A program made the position numbers and the translations under genes. The notes beneath the pieces were generated by a model. The model did not search any database and was not told where the DNA came from. It saw only the letters and a program-made list of their open reading frames with translations. From Patescibacteria group bacterium (GTDB lineage: Bacteria > Patescibacteriota > Minisyncoccia > UBA6257 > JACRHW01): 64,000 nucleotides of DNA. The stretch spans positions 377,954 through 441,953 of the forward strand of contig JAGWJP010000001.1 of the NCBI GenBank assembly GCA_028865725.1, written 5' to 3'. This document shows, piece by piece, positions 18,343-28,888 of this stretch; position 1 is the stretch's first letter, and each line of letters opens with the position of its first letter.

Positions 18343-20111
18343 AGCAAGAACGCATTTCATTTTTTATCATTGGATTATGTGTGGGCATAGTAACCCTTAT
18401 TTCTTTGTGGGCTGGATTTTTTACTGGATTCGAACACATATTTGAAGATCTTTTGATAACGACGAAGCCTTTTAGCGATTCTATCGTGCTTGTGACGATT
18501 GATAATAGTTCGCTCGCTACCCTGGGGCAATGGCCATGGCCTCGAGCGTTTTTTGCACAAGCACTCACCACGCTGGAAAACGTTCATCCTAAAGCGGTGG
18601 GGCTTGATGTGGCGTTTTCCGAAGCATCTCGATTGGGTTCGGCAGACGATGAAGCATTGGCGGGTATTCTCAAAAACCTTTCCTATCCGCTCGTGTTACC
18701 CCTCGAGAGTAATGGCGCTCTTCATCTTGGGTATACACCTCCTCGTGTGGATTCTTTGCTCACGCCTCTCCCGTTATTTACTGACAATACCCACACTTCG
18801 CTTGGGGATGTTCATCTTGTTCCTGACGTAGACGGTGTTGTGCGCAGATTTGCCCCCCGCATAGAAGTTGGAGGGAATGCTACAGAGCAATACAATTCAT
18901 TTGGCTATGAGGTGGCGCAACAAGCACGCCTTCCTGTATCTCCGCTTCCCAACGATGCAACATTACGTATTGTTTACGCGGCCTCAACCGGACATATCCA
19001 ACGTATACCTTTTTCTCGTATCATCGATAACGATCCCACCGCTCTCTCGCTCCTCAAGAACAAAATTATTCTGATTGGTGCAACCGCGCCCGATCTTCAC
19101 GATGAACAGCGAACTCCTTCTTCCGGAGGGAGCAATATGAGTGGTGTAGAAATCCAGGCCAATATTCTGAATATGATTCTTTTAGGATATCGGGAAACAA
19201 ATCTTCCCTTTTTTCCCGCCTCCATGATTTTATTTTTCGTTGCGCTTATTCCTGCGCTTGTTTTCACTCTATTGAAAGGCGCGATAAAACCGTTACTGGT
19301 AAATGTCGCGTTAGGCGTGATATATCTCATCATTATTGTGCTTTTGTTTGAACAAGGCATTGTAGTAAATCTTGTACACGTTTCGCTTGCGTGGATCCTT
19401 TCATCGCTTTCACTTTTTGTCTATCGTTATTTCAGGGTCGAGCGCGAGAAACGTGAAGTACAAAAAATATTCTCAAAATATGTGTCAAGTGATGTACTGA
19501 ACCTTATTTTAGAACATCCGGAACACGTCGCATTGGGTGGTGAGGAGAAAGAGATCACCGTCCTCTTCACCGATATTCGGGGATTTACTACCATTTCTGA
19601 AGCGACATCACCCCAAGACTTGGTTCAGCTTCTTAATCGTTATTTTAGTGCGATGACAGAGGTGGTACTCAAGAACAAGGGATTACTTAACCAATATATT
19701 GGCGATGCCATCATGGCGTTTTGGGGTGCTCCCGTGAACGACCCTGATCAGGCAGACCATGCGGTAGAGACGGGATTTGAGATGTTAGAGCGACTTCATA
19801 TTTTAAATGAGGAATTTACGCGCGAAGGAAAACCCGCTATTCACATAGGGGTAGGAATTTATACCGGTCCTGCAGTGATTGGTAATATCGGTTCCGAGGT
19901 GCGTTTGGAATATACTGCGATTGGCGACACAGTAAATGTTGCCTCCCGTTTTGAGGGATTGAATAAGAAATACGAGAGCTCGATTATTATCGGAGAAACT
20001 ACAAAAGAAAAATTAAAACACGACTATCAGTTTAAGTTTCTCGATACCACGGAGGTAAAAGGAAGAAAAGAAGCATTGCGTGTTTATACTGTTGAACGCT
20101 CGTTAGAATAA
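18339..20111 (+). CDS. CHASE2-sensor class III adenylate/guanylate cyclase
   Basis: Periplasmic CHASE2-like N-terminal region, TM helices, then cyclase core VLFTDIRGFTTISE...YIGDAIMAFWGAP; start ATGA overlaps the FecR stop. Confidence 0.8.
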   Translation: MKQERISFFIIGLCVGIVTLISLWAGFFTGFEHIFEDLLITTKPFSDSIVLVTIDNSSLATLGQWPWPRAFFAQALTTLENVHPKAVGLDVAFSEASRLGSADDEALAGILKNLSYPLVLPLESNGALHLGYTPPRVDSLLTPLPLFTDNTHTSLGDVHLVPDVDGVVRRFAPRIEVGGNATEQYNSFGYEVAQQARLPVSPLPNDATLRIVYAASTGHIQRIPFSRIIDNDPTALSLLKNKIILIGATAPDLHDEQRTPSSGGSNMSGVEIQANILNMILLGYRETNLPFFPASMILFFVALIPALVFTLLKGAIKPLLVNVALGVIYLIIIVLLFEQGIVVNLVHVSLAWILSSLSLFVYRYFRVEREKREVQKIFSKYVSSDVLNLILEHPEHVALGGEEKEITVLFTDIRGFTTISEATSPQDLVQLLNRYFSAMTEVVLKNKGLLNQYIGDAIMAFWGAPVNDPDQADHAVETGFEMLERLHILNEEFTREGKPAIHIGVGIYTGPAVIGNIGSEVRLEYTAIGDTVNVASRFEGLNKKYESSIIIGETTKEKLKHDYQFKFLDTTEVKGRKEALRVYTVERSLE

Positions 20112-20162
20112 CAATTCGCATGCAAACCGAGGATCACATTGTACTGGATCCGCAGTTCAATT

Positions 20163-22073
20163 TTATGGTTCGATAACGCCTCGGATGCGGCGCACCCCTG
20201 CAGCAACGGCTTCTTCTTTTGCAATCTTAAACACACCCACTTCCCTTGTATGTGCAACATGAGGGCCTCCGCAGAATTCCTTGCTTACGGCGTCCTCTAA
20301 CGAATGCCCTGCGTAATAAACTTTTACCACCTCAGGATATTTTTCTTTAAAGAAATAAAGCGCCCCTGTTTTTACCGCTTCTTCTTTTGGAAGTTCCTTA
20401 TACTGCACAGGCAAATCCATTTTAATATACTTGTTTACGAGATTCTCAACACTTTGGATTTCTTCTTTTGTAAGTTTGCGAGGAAATGTAAAATCAAATC
20501 GTGTACGTTCTGTCGTGATGTCAGATCCTTTTTGTCCCACTTCATTCCCTAATACATTACGCAAGGCAGCCTGAAGAAGATGGGTTGCGGTATGGAGCCG
20601 TGTTACTTTTTTAAGTTCTTCTTCATTTCGTGCTTTGAGTTCTCCTGTGTCGAGAAGAAGACCATGACCACCAAATTTCTTTTCTTGTCCTGCGCGCGAG
20701 AGTTCCCTGTGGTGCGCCACCTCACGCGCAAAGGACTCCTTATCTACACCAATACCTTTTTGTGCGGCAAGTTCCTCAGTAAGTTCAATAGGAAACCCAT
20801 GGGTAGCAAGGAGTAAAAATGTATCTGCACCCGAAATGACACCCCCAGGTTTTGTTTCTGCAGCGATCTTCTCAAACTCTTTAATTCCGCTTTCGTAAGT
20901 ACGCGCAAACGCCGCTTGTTCTTTCATGAATACTTCGCGAATCAGTACCCTTTTCTCCGAAAGCTCTGGATATGCATGTGTATACGAGTCGATTACCACG
21001 TCAATGGTACTGCCCCAAAAATCTCCTTCAAGACCAATGAGGTATTGGCCATGCATAACAGCGCGGCGGATAAGGCGTCGCAAGAGATATCCGCGTTCTT
21101 TGTTTGAGGGAATAACGCCGTCACCGATTAAAAAGATACTTGCGCGAATATGATCCGTAATAATTCTTTCAGATCGAATGTGGGGTCGGACAGCTGCGGC
21201 GCGAATCGCGAGAATAAGGGGTTTTAATATATCAATATTAAAAATATCCGGATCATCCAAAGATGCTGCGGCAATACGCTCAAGACCGCCGCCAAAATCT
21301 ACATTGCGTTGTGCGAGTTTAGAAAATGATCCATCTTCATTTTTTCGATATTCCATAAATACCGAGTTTCCTATTTCGACAAAGCGGCCACAATCACAGT
21401 TGGGGTGGCAGTGTGCCCCAAATGCAGGATCATGAGGCACAGAGGTGAACTCATAAAACACCTCGGAGTCTGGTCCCCCAGGCTCTCGTGGTGGCATATT
21501 CTCAGGTGTACCCGCCCTGCTCCACCAATTTTTTTTGACCCCATAGTAAAAAATACGTCCCCCTTGCATGCCCTTTTCACTTGCTCGCTGCTCCGTATCG
21601 AGTACTACCGCCTCTGCAGTAATTCCTTTTTTCGCAAAGAGTGCTTTCCAGATCGCAACTGATTCTTCATCACGAGGAATTTGGCGCTCGGTGTCGCCCG
21701 CAAAAACCGTAACGTATACTTTTTGCGGATCGAGGTCCACCTCATCAGTAAGAAACTCAAAAAACCATGGAAGTTGCTCTTCTTTAAAGTAGTCACCAAA
21801 AGACCAGTTACCGAGCATTTCAAAAAATGTGGTGTGCCGATTGTCCCCCACCTCATCGATGTCTTCTGCGCGCACACACTTTTGTGCATCAGTAAGACGC
21901 TTTCCTCCTGGGTGAGCCTCACCTAATAAATATTTAATAAGCGGCTGCATGCCAGACCCTGTAAACAGCGTGGTTACATCACCCTCAGGCAAAAGAGAGG
22001 ATGACGGGATCACTGTGTGACCTCGTTTTTTAAAAAACTCTAGATATTTTTTACGAATTTCGTGAGTAGACAC
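20163..22073 (-). CDS. alaS: alanine--tRNA ligase, short form (catalytic + editing domains, no C-Ala domain)
   Basis: N-terminus MSTHEIRKKYLEFFKKRGH...GNWSFGDYFKEE; editing motifs HTATHLL and CGGPHV; 636 aa. Confidence 0.85.
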   Translation of the reverse strand: MSTHEIRKKYLEFFKKRGHTVIPSSSLLPEGDVTTLFTGSGMQPLIKYLLGEAHPGGKRLTDAQKCVRAEDIDEVGDNRHTTFFEMLGNWSFGDYFKEEQLPWFFEFLTDEVDLDPQKVYVTVFAGDTERQIPRDEESVAIWKALFAKKGITAEAVVLDTEQRASEKGMQGGRIFYYGVKKNWWSRAGTPENMPPREPGGPDSEVFYEFTSVPHDPAFGAHCHPNCDCGRFVEIGNSVFMEYRKNEDGSFSKLAQRNVDFGGGLERIAAASLDDPDIFNIDILKPLILAIRAAAVRPHIRSERIITDHIRASIFLIGDGVIPSNKERGYLLRRLIRRAVMHGQYLIGLEGDFWGSTIDVVIDSYTHAYPELSEKRVLIREVFMKEQAAFARTYESGIKEFEKIAAETKPGGVISGADTFLLLATHGFPIELTEELAAQKGIGVDKESFAREVAHHRELSRAGQEKKFGGHGLLLDTGELKARNEEELKKVTRLHTATHLLQAALRNVLGNEVGQKGSDITTERTRFDFTFPRKLTKEEIQSVENLVNKYIKMDLPVQYKELPKEEAVKTGALYFFKEKYPEVVKVYYAGHSLEDAVSKEFCGGPHVAHTREVGVFKIAKEEAVAAGVRRIRGVIEP

Positions 22074-22082
22074 GGAGAGTAA

Positions 22083-23489
22083 TTATGCGAATGTACGCGC
22101 TATTGTTTTAATCTTGTAGGACATAAGGACTGCAAGAAGCCCCACATCGCACCATAACGCGGTTGAGAGTGCGAATGCGATGCCGCTGAGCCCATATTTT
22201 TGAAGAAAGATAGGACCTAAAATGATGTACAACCCTGTATTCAAAAGGCTTGTGAGAAGCGGGGTGGTAGTGCTTTCAAGAATAAAGGATACGCGAACAA
22301 GGTAGGGCAAAAGCGCACTCGCGACAATACCGATATTCAAGTACATGAGTACAGCGCTTATCGCCGCGGCAGACTCCGGCTTTAAAGAACCATGTTGCAA
22401 GAAATATCTTACAATAATTTCACCTCCGTATGCAAACATGATAAAAAAGAGCACCCCAAGTCCTATAAGTTTCTTGAATGTAGAAAAAAACAATTGCGCG
22501 AATTTGTGTTTTGATTGAGCGTAGAGCTTTGCAAGCGCAGGAAAGCTTGCCGTGATGAGTGATATCGCAAAAATGTTAAGCGGGTAGTTATACATGTCGT
22601 ACGCAAAATTGAAAATTGCCACAGAGCCATTGGCAAGGTGAGAGATAAAGTTGAGGGTAATCACAAGGTTGATCTGAATGAGAATAATGTTAAGAACTCG
22701 TGGTAATGCGAGTGCAATTACACCCATGAGCTCTTGTAGAGTAAGGAGACGAAACTTGTGATTGTATCCTGACCCCAAAAAAGCGATAAGCTGAAGTGTG
22801 CTGTGTGCGAGTGCCCCCAACAACACACCAAATACTACCCCTTGAATCCCTAAGAATGGGGACAAAAAAAGAATGCCGCATATAATCCCAAGATTGTAGA
22901 GAATGGGTGCAATGGTGGTAATAAAAAATTTATTAAGTGTTTGTAGGGCACCAGAAGCAAGACTGGAAATACCTAGTAGAATAGGTTGAAGAAGCAGTAG
23001 TCGCGCAAGACGTATAGTAATATCTAATTTTTCTTTATTAAATCCCGGCACAAGCATGTGCATAAGAAGCGGCATCATGGCCAAAAGCACTACTGCAAGC
23101 ACGAGACTTAATAAAAGGTATCCATTAATAATCTTTGCGGCAAACTCCCATGCTTTTTCTTTTGATTCTGCCAATTCACGTGAAAATGTGGGAATAAATA
23201 CTGCTGAGAGTCCCCCTGTAATGATGAGGAGAAAGATAAGATCTGGAATACGGAACGCAGCAAAGTAGGCATCAAGTTGAGATGATGCTCCAAAATGAGC
23301 AGCAAGAAGTATATTTCTCCCGATAGAGAGTACGCCGTTTATGAGTGTTCCTGCGCCGATAGTGAGCGCTGAGGCGCTAATGCTGCGGGATTCGATGTGA
23401 AGTAATTTGTGAAATAGTGCACGCATAGTATAATGGTACTCGGTTTTTCCTTGAATTTCATCCCTCACCTTTAACGCATTTTTATGCAT
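22083..23489 (-). CDS. murJ: lipid II flippase MurJ/MviN family
   Basis: Multi-TM protein; SQLDAYFAAFRIPDLIF...FIPTFS pattern conserved in MurJ. Confidence 0.7.
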   Translation of the reverse strand: MHKNALKVRDEIQGKTEYHYTMRALFHKLLHIESRSISASALTIGAGTLINGVLSIGRNILLAAHFGASSQLDAYFAAFRIPDLIFLLIITGGLSAVFIPTFSRELAESKEKAWEFAAKIINGYLLLSLVLAVVLLAMMPLLMHMLVPGFNKEKLDITIRLARLLLLQPILLGISSLASGALQTLNKFFITTIAPILYNLGIICGILFLSPFLGIQGVVFGVLLGALAHSTLQLIAFLGSGYNHKFRLLTLQELMGVIALALPRVLNIILIQINLVITLNFISHLANGSVAIFNFAYDMYNYPLNIFAISLITASFPALAKLYAQSKHKFAQLFFSTFKKLIGLGVLFFIMFAYGGEIIVRYFLQHGSLKPESAAAISAVLMYLNIGIVASALLPYLVRVSFILESTTTPLLTSLLNTGLYIILGPIFLQKYGLSGIAFALSTALWCDVGLLAVLMSYKIKTIARTFA

Positions 23490-23544
23490 TACGTGAGACC
23501 GTAATAAATAAAGGTGAGAGGTTCATCCGAATGCGTAAGTTCTA

Positions 23545-25767
23545 TTATTGTCCATTCGAGGGAACAAGAGTCAATGTTATTGAAAGCTCCCTTGGATCGA
23601 TTGAGAAGTGGGTTCGATAGGTATCAAGCCCGGTTTCTTTAAAGACATACCCTGTGGGCGCGTTGATAGTCAGGTCGAGTACGCTCGTGACGCCCGATTG
23701 TTTTTGGTACGTGAGATTATAGATTGCATTGCTGAGGGGTGACGCAGAATTTGCAAGGAATCGAGTACTATATTGCAAGGTAATTTGTTGATGCTCCCCC
23801 GCCGCAAGCACGGACCAGCCCGCGTAGACTTTTTTCCCTTCCTCGGGATATGTTTCAAGCCCGTGGGTACCTGCCAACGTGACAGCGCGCGATTCGCTTG
23901 CAGCCAACAGAGGATCGGGCGCGGTATCAGGATTTGTTTTTGCGTAGGTGTGTGGAGTGAGCCCGGCAGCGTAGGACAACGCGGTGTTTAGGGGAAGATA
24001 CGCCCTCACATAATCCTTGTTCGTACTTCTCCATAATGCAAACGAGGCTTGGTCTCCGTTGTGGGCTCGTGACACGATAAGGGTGTGGCTCGCGGTACCA
24101 TCTGAACGCAAATCAATCGTATCATTTATTTTCTGCGTAATTACGTAATCACTCTTTCCTCCTGCGACGTTTGAATCAATAAATGCAAGATAATCTTCGA
24201 GCGCACTTGAAGCTGTAATGTGCCCATCGTACCCTAATGTACGCAATGATTCTGCCGCTTGCGTGAGGTCGGGGTTTATCATCGCAATTTGTATTTCTTT
24301 TTCGTCAAGCATAGCCATTACGACAGAAAATATGTCTTGTTTGTGGGGAAGCGCCGAAAGAGCAGTTAAAAAGCGCGGGATAAAAATCTTTAAGATACGT
24401 TTCGGATCTCCGTACGTACTATTATCTCCTCCGAATTCAACAGTATTTTGAACGCTTTCCATAAAATTATCGCTCGAGATCGACATGTTATATTCTGGCA
24501 TTTCGATCGGTCCAGTTTTTTTCAAAAGTTCTGTTACTAATTTTGTATTCACTGCGATAACCCCGTCTATGGTGCGGTGCGGATTTGTGTCTAGTTTTGA
24601 TGCTTCAAAAAACTCAGCGGCTTTTTGGGCAGAAGTAGGAAAATCGAAAAACCAGTTTGCGTCCCGTGTACCCCAAGTAGGAGTGATATTTTGTAACGCT
24701 TTTGGTGGCGTTATTTTTTCAGCCAATTGACCGTCCAAATCATAGATATTCCGAATATCCATAGCAGTAATTTTTCCGTTCTGAAGGCTTACGAGCATAT
24801 AACTTCCCCAAAAACCTCCCGTCGCACGCAGTTCTGAAGGATTTTGAAATGCAATAAGATACGTCCTTGGTGTATTGTGATCTCCCAGCGCGCGCGCGAG
24901 CATTTCAAGTGCGAGATGGCTATCGTTTAATTCATTTTGAAGTGCAAAGTATTGATTTTTCAGGCTTTGTGACCAGTCTTTCATGCCGGGCAAAACAGAC
25001 AGATCAGCAAGGTTAGTAATAATCTTTGGAGTTGCATGAGAAATGGTGATTAGCTTAGTGTCGATGTTTTTTATAGTCTGGATGTTTATTCCTGCACCAA
25101 ATGCATTTGTTACGCTTGAATTTAGAAGAGAGTTCATGTCATCCGCGATTGTTAACGAAGTCGCTAACATAGCGCGGAGCTCATCGACTAGAGAAAATGG
25201 AGGCGCATACAATATTTTTGCTGCCGATGCCTTATTAAGTAATATCTCGAGAGCATTCAATGAGGATTGTGCAACGGTCAAATGTTCTTTGCCTGCTTTG
25301 AAATTAAAATGCTTAAAGTCAGTAATTCCTTCTTCGATATTTTGATAGACATCTTTTCCCAAGGCCTGCAGGCGATCGTAGTGGTCTACCACCGATACTT
25401 TTACTGCGGCACTATATGCGATAACGAGAATAACGCATCCTAGCACGATCGGCTTGATATGTGATATACGGAACAATCGATGGATCGTTCGATTTATTAC
25501 AATTTTTTTAGCGGGATTCGGACGTTTAAACAGCTGTGACGTAATGTTTTTATTGCGAAAAACAATATCAGAAAATAATATGTTTCCTTGCGAAACACTA
25601 CATTCTCGAGCACGAATAGGCCCTAAATTAATAACTGGGTTTGGGATTTTCGTGCAAATCATATCTAAAAACCCATCTTTCATGGGTCTCACGTCAAAGA
25701 GAATTTGAAGAACAAGACTACGTTGTACCACAACCAGGCGGTGTTTTAATTGAATAATGCAAAACAA
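23545..25767 (-). CDS. DUF4012-like envelope protein (hypothetical)
   Basis: N-terminal TM, then a large domain with NPSELRATGGFWGSYMLVSLQNGKITAMD, resembling the E.R..GG core of DUF4012; adjacent to glycosyltransferases. Confidence 0.4.
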   Translation of the reverse strand: MFCIIQLKHRLVVVQRSLVLQILFDVRPMKDGFLDMICTKIPNPVINLGPIRARECSVSQGNILFSDIVFRNKNITSQLFKRPNPAKKIVINRTIHRLFRISHIKPIVLGCVILVIAYSAAVKVSVVDHYDRLQALGKDVYQNIEEGITDFKHFNFKAGKEHLTVAQSSLNALEILLNKASAAKILYAPPFSLVDELRAMLATSLTIADDMNSLLNSSVTNAFGAGINIQTIKNIDTKLITISHATPKIITNLADLSVLPGMKDWSQSLKNQYFALQNELNDSHLALEMLARALGDHNTPRTYLIAFQNPSELRATGGFWGSYMLVSLQNGKITAMDIRNIYDLDGQLAEKITPPKALQNITPTWGTRDANWFFDFPTSAQKAAEFFEASKLDTNPHRTIDGVIAVNTKLVTELLKKTGPIEMPEYNMSISSDNFMESVQNTVEFGGDNSTYGDPKRILKIFIPRFLTALSALPHKQDIFSVVMAMLDEKEIQIAMINPDLTQAAESLRTLGYDGHITASSALEDYLAFIDSNVAGGKSDYVITQKINDTIDLRSDGTASHTLIVSRAHNGDQASFALWRSTNKDYVRAYLPLNTALSYAAGLTPHTYAKTNPDTAPDPLLAASESRAVTLAGTHGLETYPEEGKKVYAGWSVLAAGEHQQITLQYSTRFLANSASPLSNAIYNLTYQKQSGVTSVLDLTINAPTGYVFKETGLDTYRTHFSIDPRELSITLTLVPSNGQ

Positions 25768-26918
25768 TTACGATAGTGCGCTACCGCACTATTCCAATTA
25801 AATTGTACCGCATTTTCTTTTCCTAGCCTAATAAGACGGTTTCGTGTTTTTTCTTCTGTGAGGGCAACAGAGATAGCCTCTGCAATATCCAAACGGTTAT
25901 AAGGATCTACAAGTAATGCCGACTCTCCCAATATTTCTGGTAACGATGCGCGGTTGGATGCTACTACCGGGGTCTGCGAGTATTGTGCCTCAAGAGGTTG
26001 AAATCCAAAGCCTTCAAAAAAACTTGGGTATACAAATACACGAGCTGCTTGATACAACTTTGGTCGGTCTTCTGATGAAACTTGGATTAATTTAATACGG
26101 TTGTGATATGGCGACCGTGCGATCGCTTCAAGACATTGTTCAAAAAGCCACCCCAAGTTTCCCGCGAGTACCAGCGATATTGTATCGTGTTTTTGAAACA
26201 CCAACTCCGCTGCGTGAATAAGAGTAGTGATATTTTTTCGCGGTTCGATTGTGCCGAGATATAAAATAAACGATTCAGGAAGTTTGTGAATAGCCTTGAA
26301 CTGTTCGATTTCCTCGTCGCGGTAGGAAGCGGAGAAAATTGGATTTATTCCGTGATAAATAGTACTCACGCGTTTTTCAGGAACATGAAGCAAATTTACG
26401 ACATCATCTTTTGTGCATTGAGACGGGGTGATGATATGGTCAGCATGCTTGATTTGACGCTCCACATTCATCCAGCGAAGCCACACGTGTTGCCGTAACG
26501 AAAAAAACTGAGGAAATCGCAAGAATGAGAGATCGTGAACCATAAGAATGCGTGGCGCACGTTTCAAGGGTGTTAATAGAAAGTGCGGGCTGAAGAAAAG
26601 ATCGCTCTTCGTTATTTCGTCGAGGAATGGGACTCCTAGTATTTTTGCGGAAAAGTTTTGAAGCCTATTGGGATGTGTAGTTGCCACTACTTCTCTATTA
26701 TCAAAATACGGGTCAAGCTTTCGTGTCGCCGCATTGTAATAAAACGTATATAAATTGTTTGCGTCTTCCGGAACAAGGTGCTTTGCGAGTTGGAGCGTAT
26801 ATTCCTCAACCCCTGTCACGCGCCCCGTGGAAAGTACTCGAAGATCGAATCCTATGCGCATATTATTTGTACATAATCTCAGTATATCAAGATTGATTGT
26901 CTCTATCCATTGCGGCAT
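25746..26918 (-). CDS. glycosyltransferase family 4
   Basis: C-terminal VYPSFFEGFGFQPLEAQYSQTPVVASN (GT4 EX7E region). Confidence 0.8.
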   Translation of the reverse strand: MPQWIETINLDILRLCTNNMRIGFDLRVLSTGRVTGVEEYTLQLAKHLVPEDANNLYTFYYNAATRKLDPYFDNREVVATTHPNRLQNFSAKILGVPFLDEITKSDLFFSPHFLLTPLKRAPRILMVHDLSFLRFPQFFSLRQHVWLRWMNVERQIKHADHIITPSQCTKDDVVNLLHVPEKRVSTIYHGINPIFSASYRDEEIEQFKAIHKLPESFILYLGTIEPRKNITTLIHAAELVFQKHDTISLVLAGNLGWLFEQCLEAIARSPYHNRIKLIQVSSEDRPKLYQAARVFVYPSFFEGFGFQPLEAQYSQTPVVASNRASLPEILGESALLVDPYNRLDIAEAISVALTEEKTRNRLIRLGKENAVQFNWNSAVAHYRNCFALFN

Positions 26919-28005
26919 AGTGGCGCAAAAATTCCTGTTCTATATTTGTACGCAACGTATTTCGAAATACATCACGGGAAAATGGCAGTGCTGATTCGCG
27001 GCATGCGGCATGTGTAATATGATATGTGTCCAATTTATGGATCGCATCTGCGAGAGATTCTTTTGTTTGTTCCTCAAAGAATACTCCATTGTAACCGGGT
27101 GTTATGATCTCTGTTGGCCCACCTCCGCGGGCAAATGCGACGACAGGTGTGCCACATCCTAGTGCCTCCACGGGTACAAGCCCGAAATCTTCTTCGTGTG
27201 GAAAAATGAGTGCCCTACTTGCAGAATAACAATCACGCAATGTTTCATCAGATACGTGCCCCAGAAATTCTATGTTGTGGTTGGCACGTGCTTTGAGCGC
27301 ACGATATTCTGGTCCGACACCTATAATTTTAAGCGGGAGACCCAACATGTTAAATGTATCCACCACAAGGTCAAACCGTTTATAGTGCAGCAACCTCCCT
27401 ACTGCACAATATGTGGTTTCCTTTGCACGCGTGGAATAAAAAAAGTCGGTTCTTACTGGAGGGTAGATTATTCTCGTATCACGTCCGTAGTAACGTTTTA
27501 TTTTACGAGCAATATGGTTTGAGATCGTGTACATCACGTGCGGCGCACGCGATGTTTTTAGATCCCATGCTTTCAGGAATGTACGAAGCGGGGTTACCCC
27601 ATAATGCAACGCACGAAACCACGGATATGTTTCCAAATATTTTTCTTCCCATGCATATCGCAATGGCGTATAGCAATAATTAATGTGTAAAATACGGGGG
27701 TCGGCCGCGAACCCCTTCGCAAATCCACTCGAATCAGAGAGGATAAGATCAAAATCTCGTATAAAAAAAGCCTGTGCGGCAAGCGGCATAAGGGGAATCA
27801 TGTAATGATGGCGGCGGGTGCCTCCAGGAACATGTTGAAGAAACGAGGTGTGGATTGTTTTGTTGTGAAACTCTCCGTGCGTACGCTCCTCATCATAGAG
27901 AAGCGTAAAAATTGGTGCTTCAGGGAAAAGCGAAGTGAGTTCATGTAACACGCGCTCCGCTCCTCCAAGCTGATTCAAGTAATCATGTAAAATCGCAACT
28001 TTCAT
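26887..28005 (-). CDS. glycosyltransferase family 4
   Basis: MKVAILHDYLNQLGGAERV...FPHEEDFGLVPVEALGCGTPVVA. Confidence 0.8.
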   Translation of the reverse strand: MKVAILHDYLNQLGGAERVLHELTSLFPEAPIFTLLYDEERTHGEFHNKTIHTSFLQHVPGGTRRHHYMIPLMPLAAQAFFIRDFDLILSDSSGFAKGFAADPRILHINYCYTPLRYAWEEKYLETYPWFRALHYGVTPLRTFLKAWDLKTSRAPHVMYTISNHIARKIKRYYGRDTRIIYPPVRTDFFYSTRAKETTYCAVGRLLHYKRFDLVVDTFNMLGLPLKIIGVGPEYRALKARANHNIEFLGHVSDETLRDCYSASRALIFPHEEDFGLVPVEALGCGTPVVAFARGGGPTEIITPGYNGVFFEEQTKESLADAIHKLDTYHITHAACRESALPFSRDVFRNTLRTNIEQEFLRHYAAMDRDNQS

Positions 28006-28010
28006 AGAGG

Positions 28011-28613
28011 TTATACCGCGTTAGAATCAGTGAAAATGATAGCTACTGTTTTCACTATAATACGAAGATCTTCCTTGAATGAGGGTTGTTTAAGATACAT
28101 GTTATCAAGCTCTAATTCTTTAAGAAACGGAAGCGCCGAGGCGCCACTTACCTGCGAAAGCCCTGTGACGCCTGCTTTTGCAAACACAATATGTCGAAAT
28201 TCTGAAGGGTAGTGATCCACTTCTTCTTTTTCGTGCGCGCGCGGACCGACAAGCGCAAGCTCGCCACGAAGCACGTTGATAAGCTGAGGAAACTCATCAA
28301 TACGATATTTGCGCAATACCTTACCCACACGCGTGATACGCGGATCGTTTCTCATTTTAAAAAAAGGACCATCGTTGCGTTCGTTGAGATGCAAAAGATC
28401 ATTTCTCATCAGATGAGCATTCTCCACCATAGTTCTAAATTTATAGATGTTAAAGAGTTTTCCTCCGCTCACGCGCGGAATTTTTACGAGCACCGGTCCT
28501 CGTGATGATACCTTTATCGCACACGCAATGAAAGGCCAAAACGGAAGAATACAAAATAATCCTGCGATTGCTCCGCACACATCAAGCGCTCTTTTTACGA
28601 GGCGTGAGTACAT
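28011..28613 (-). CDS. undecaprenyl-phosphate sugar phosphotransferase (small bacterial sugar transferase, WbaP C-terminal-domain type)
   Basis: LKRALDVCGAIAGLF...NIYKFRTM...DEFPQLINVLRGELALVGPRA. Confidence 0.8.
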   Translation of the reverse strand: MYSRLVKRALDVCGAIAGLFCILPFWPFIACAIKVSSRGPVLVKIPRVSGGKLFNIYKFRTMVENAHLMRNDLLHLNERNDGPFFKMRNDPRITRVGKVLRKYRIDEFPQLINVLRGELALVGPRAHEKEEVDHYPSEFRHIVFAKAGVTGLSQVSGASALPFLKELELDNMYLKQPSFKEDLRIIVKTVAIIFTDSNAV

Positions 28614-28848
28614 ACATATATTTTAATTCGTTTTTCTGTACTTCACTAGCCTTGCTATTTACGAAAGTAGTGGCGTCGGTAACCATAAAACAAGTATCTC
28701 GTATTTATTATCTGGTATCTAATATGCTAGAAAACCAAAATTCAAAAATTAAAATGTAAAATTGCAATTCAAAATTAAAAAATTTTCATACGTCATCCTG
28801 TGGGCTCATTTCTCGTCCATAAGTGCGTAGCATTCACCTCGGGTTTAA

Positions 28849-28873
28849 TAAAAAATCCCAGATAATACCGGGA
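28849..28873 (-). terminator. rho-independent terminator of lipoprotein gene
   Basis: Minus-strand hairpin UCCCGG-uauuau-CUGGGA (with a G-U pair) followed by a U run. Confidence 0.5.
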
Positions 28874-28888
28874 CTCTGCTACTCTTTA

